This document shows, in pieces, positions 63,150-64,000 of a stretch of 64,000 bases of DNA (its first letter is position 1; each line of letters begins with the position of its first letter). This stretch comes from Eledone cirrhosa (lineage: Eukaryota). The stretch lies in the NCBI GenBank assembly GCA_964016885.1, contig OZ024740.1, positions 261,144,001-261,208,000 on the forward strand. Direction: 5' to 3'. Under the pieces are notes generated by a model that had not been told where the DNA came from, made no database searches, and saw only the letters and a list, made by a program, of their open reading frames with translations. Both the position numbers and the translations under genes were made by a program.

Positions 63150-64000
63150 CAGTTGCGATCAAAATAAGAGAACAATAAATTAACTTTTCATTATTTTTCT
63201 TATTTGACAACATTTTTCCTTTAAAATTTGAAAGAACATTTGCAGTATATGTAGGTCTTGTGCTAAAATATCTTCGAAATAATCAAGGATATAAAAAAAT
63301 AATGATATACCTTTAATTTTAAAAAAATGCAAAGATATATCTGACAACATTACTCAACAGGGTCAAGTTACCAGTATGTTCCGTTTTCCTATCAACTCTC
63401 GCAAGATGTTGATTCATTCAAAGGTAACTGAAGCTCTCCAACGTAAAGTAGTTTAGATGAAGGGTGGTGGACTCTCTCTCTTGACCATTGAAAGGGAAGT
63501 TAGCCATTCTAAAAGTGTTATAGTGAGGATATTGAAATTGCATAATGAAACCAACTCATTCACGTCTATGAAGAAGACCGGCTGTCCACGTAAAACAAGC
63601 CAACGAGTGGACCACATGATCCCCAGAATGTCTATGGGGAACTGCTTCAACACTGCAGCTGGAATATCATGACAAATCAGTGCTAATTTTGACAAGGAAG
63701 TGTCTCTCGTTGTCTGGCAGAAGTCGGATTGAAAGTCCACTCTCCAGCAATCAAACCTCTTATCAGCAATAAAAATAAAATTGCTAGACTTGCCTTTGCT
63801 GAGAAGCATGTTGTATGGAGTGAAAGAAAACTGGTCCAAAGTTCATTTTAGGGATGAAAGCAAGTTTAATTTAGTTGGTTCAGATGGTAACCAATATGTA
63901 AGATGTAAAACTGGGAAAAGACTTCTTTCTAAGTATGTCAAAAAGTGTAAAATTCGAAGGAGGCAGTGTCATAGTTTGGGGAATGTTCTCACCATCTGGA
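63150..64000 (+). mobile_element. Degenerate Tc1-family transposon running off the window end
   Basis: TA|CAGTTG start; HTH region, TGCPRKT, KPLIS..ARLAFA..H, WSKVHFRDESKFNL.GSDG, GGSVIVWG with stops and frameshifts. Confidence 0.88.

Overview
AT-rich, microsatellite-laden animal genomic DNA. The repeat content suggests a cephalopod such as Octopus, but that is inference. One host gene is present: 11 phase-consistent + strand coding exons (791-37685, all GT-AG) of a DD3-3-like protein with a C-terminal transmembrane helix. Its 5' exons lie upstream of the window. Introns and downstream DNA are mostly transposable elements. These include RTE-clade LINEs: one family with a PHD finger inside the RT domain, including an uninterrupted ~3-kb ORF at 39.7-42.8 kb, and a BovB-like family with C-terminal C2H2 fingers and an uninterrupted ORF at 58.7-62.1 kb. 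Also present are L1/Tx1, CR1-like and R4/Dong fragments, two tRNA-derived SINE families, Helitron, hAT and Tc1/mariner pieces, and satellites. The most striking signal missed by the ORF track is a set of Penelope-like element relics and type I hammerhead ribozyme folds in (TA)n tracts. These include a 3.4-kb palindrome built around a GIY-YIG endonuclease fragment and three different co-oriented hammerheads spaced ~670 nt apart at 46.2-47.6 kb. All calls are from manual reading and hand folding; no searches were run.
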